In this document: in pieces, positions 62,848 through 64,000 of the stretch | Layout: each line of letters begins with the position of its first letter | Numbering within the stretch: position 1 is the stretch's first letter | Source: Leptospiraceae bacterium | GTDB lineage: Bacteria; Spirochaetota; Leptospiria; Leptospirales; Leptonemataceae | Direction of reading: 5' to 3' | Length of the DNA: 64,000 bases | Assembly: GCA_040217195.1 (NCBI GenBank) | Contig: JAVJNR010000003.1 | Span: 576,001 to 640,000 of the forward strand | Notes under the pieces: model-generated | What the model saw: the letters and a program-made list of their open reading frames with translations, nothing else | Databases searched by the model: none | What the model was told of the DNA's origin: nothing | Made by a program: the position numbers and the translations under genes

Positions 62848-63999
62848 TCAAGAATGACCTGGCTTGCCCAGCATTTTGAACATAGAATTTTTGTAGGCTT
62901 CAACGCCAGGCTGATCGAAGGGATTCACTCCCAGCGTATATGCAGAGACGCCACAAGCATATTCAAAGAAGTAGAACAGTCTTCCCAGGTGGAACTCATC
63001 GATAGCAGGAAGAAGGATTCGCAGTGAAGGCACTCCTCCCTCTCCATGAGCCTGCCTGGTGGCCTGCAGGGCCACACGGTTCACCTCATGAACGGTCTTG
63101 CCGGCCAAATAGTTCAATCCATCGCCATCGTTTTCCTGCTTCTGCAATGCAGGTGATGTGGAATGCTCTACATCCAGAATCGTTTGAAAAATACTTCTTT
63201 CGGATTCCTGTATCCATTGTCCCAGGGAATGTAGATCGGTGGTAAATCCGGCTGATGCTGGAAAGATACCTTTTCCTTCTTTGCCTTCCGATTCGCCGAA
63301 CAGCTGCTTCCACCATTCAGCCATGTACTGCAAAGCCTGTTGATAAAAGACCAGGATTTCAATTCTTTTACCCTCTTCGTAAAGAGCATTTCTGTAGGCC
63401 GAGTACTGTACCGCTGGATTTTCATCACTGCGATCATTTCTCAGACGATCGCACATCTCCATGGCCCCCTGCAGCAATGAATAGATATCCACTCCTGCCA
63501 CGGCGGCCGGTATCAATCCCACCGGACTCAGTACACTAAATCGACCACCTACATCGTCTGCGATTACCGCTGAATGAAAACCCAGATTGTCTGCAGATTG
63601 GCGAAGAGTTCCTTTTTTACCATCTGTGATTGCGCAGACTCGACTGGAAGCCTCGGAAGTGCCATGTTTTTGTTCCAACAAGGACCAGAGCAGTCGAAAG
63701 GCAATGGCAGGCTCTGTAGTTGTTCCACTCTTGGAGATTACCACAACTCCAAAGTCTCGCTCCTTTAAATATTCCAGTAGTTGCTGATGATAATGACCGT
63801 CCAGACTGTGCCCGGCAAACAATATCTCCGGCCCATGAACAGGCCCCACGACTGGCTTCAGCGCCTCATACAAACATTTGAAGCCCAGGTAGGAACCACC
63901 GATACCGACCATAACCATCGCATCCAGCTTCTGAAAATCCGCGGCAATTTTTAGATATTCCTGTACCTTGATGGACTGTTCTTCCGGCAATTGGAGCCA
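62848..63999 (-). CDS. pgi: Glucose-6-phosphate isomerase (5' truncated)
   Basis: GIGGSYLG, ISKSGTTTE, DVGGRFSVLS, WWKQLFGESEGK, DLHSLGQ, NPFDQPGVEAYK; frame is open to the window end. Confidence 0.97.
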   Translation of the reverse strand, partial: WLQLPEEQSIKVQEYLKIAADFQKLDAMVMVGIGGSYLGFKCLYEALKPVVGPVHGPEILFAGHSLDGHYHQQLLEYLKERDFGVVVISKSGTTTEPAIAFRLLWSLLEQKHGTSEASSRVCAITDGKKGTLRQSADNLGFHSAVIADDVGGRFSVLSPVGLIPAAVAGVDIYSLLQGAMEMCDRLRNDRSDENPAVQYSAYRNALYEEGKRIEILVFYQQALQYMAEWWKQLFGESEGKEGKGIFPASAGFTTDLHSLGQWIQESERSIFQTILDVEHSTSPALQKQENDGDGLNYLAGKTVHEVNRVALQATRQAHGEGGVPSLRILLPAIDEFHLGRLFYFFEYACGVSAYTLGVNPFDQPGVEAYKNSMFKMLGKPGHS

Positions 64000-64000
64000 G

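Overview
Gene-dense bacterial chromosomal segment with about 57 CDSs, both terminal genes truncated. No rRNA, tRNA, CRISPR array, transposase or integrase was recognised. Gene content (three TRL-like proteins, a LipL45-like FecR lipoprotein, a DUF1574-like protein, a LigA with a WKxDG motif) suggests a free-living, possibly marine Leptospiraceae spirochaete; this is an inference. Housekeeping genes include purM, rlmN, fused pabBC, rnd, dapF, thiL, a fur-family gene, ligA, metG and pgi. The most notable block is at about 16.3-34.2 kb: a two-domain soluble-adenylyl-cyclase (sAC/ADCY10)-like enzyme, a tandem cyclic-nucleotide-binding protein and a Popeye-like membrane protein abut a Bacteroidota-type V/A-ATPase operon with a full Na+-binding K-ring signature, followed by NhaC and SthA. 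Other notable items are a CD39/apyrase-like lipoprotein, a Tudor-like secreted protein, a Cys-less rhodanese coupled to metG, a metallopeptidase/propeller/barrel fusion, histone-H1-like Lys-rich tails on a GH1 and on LigA, and a highly structured atpI-atpK intergenic region. All family calls come from motif recognition by eye, not database searches.
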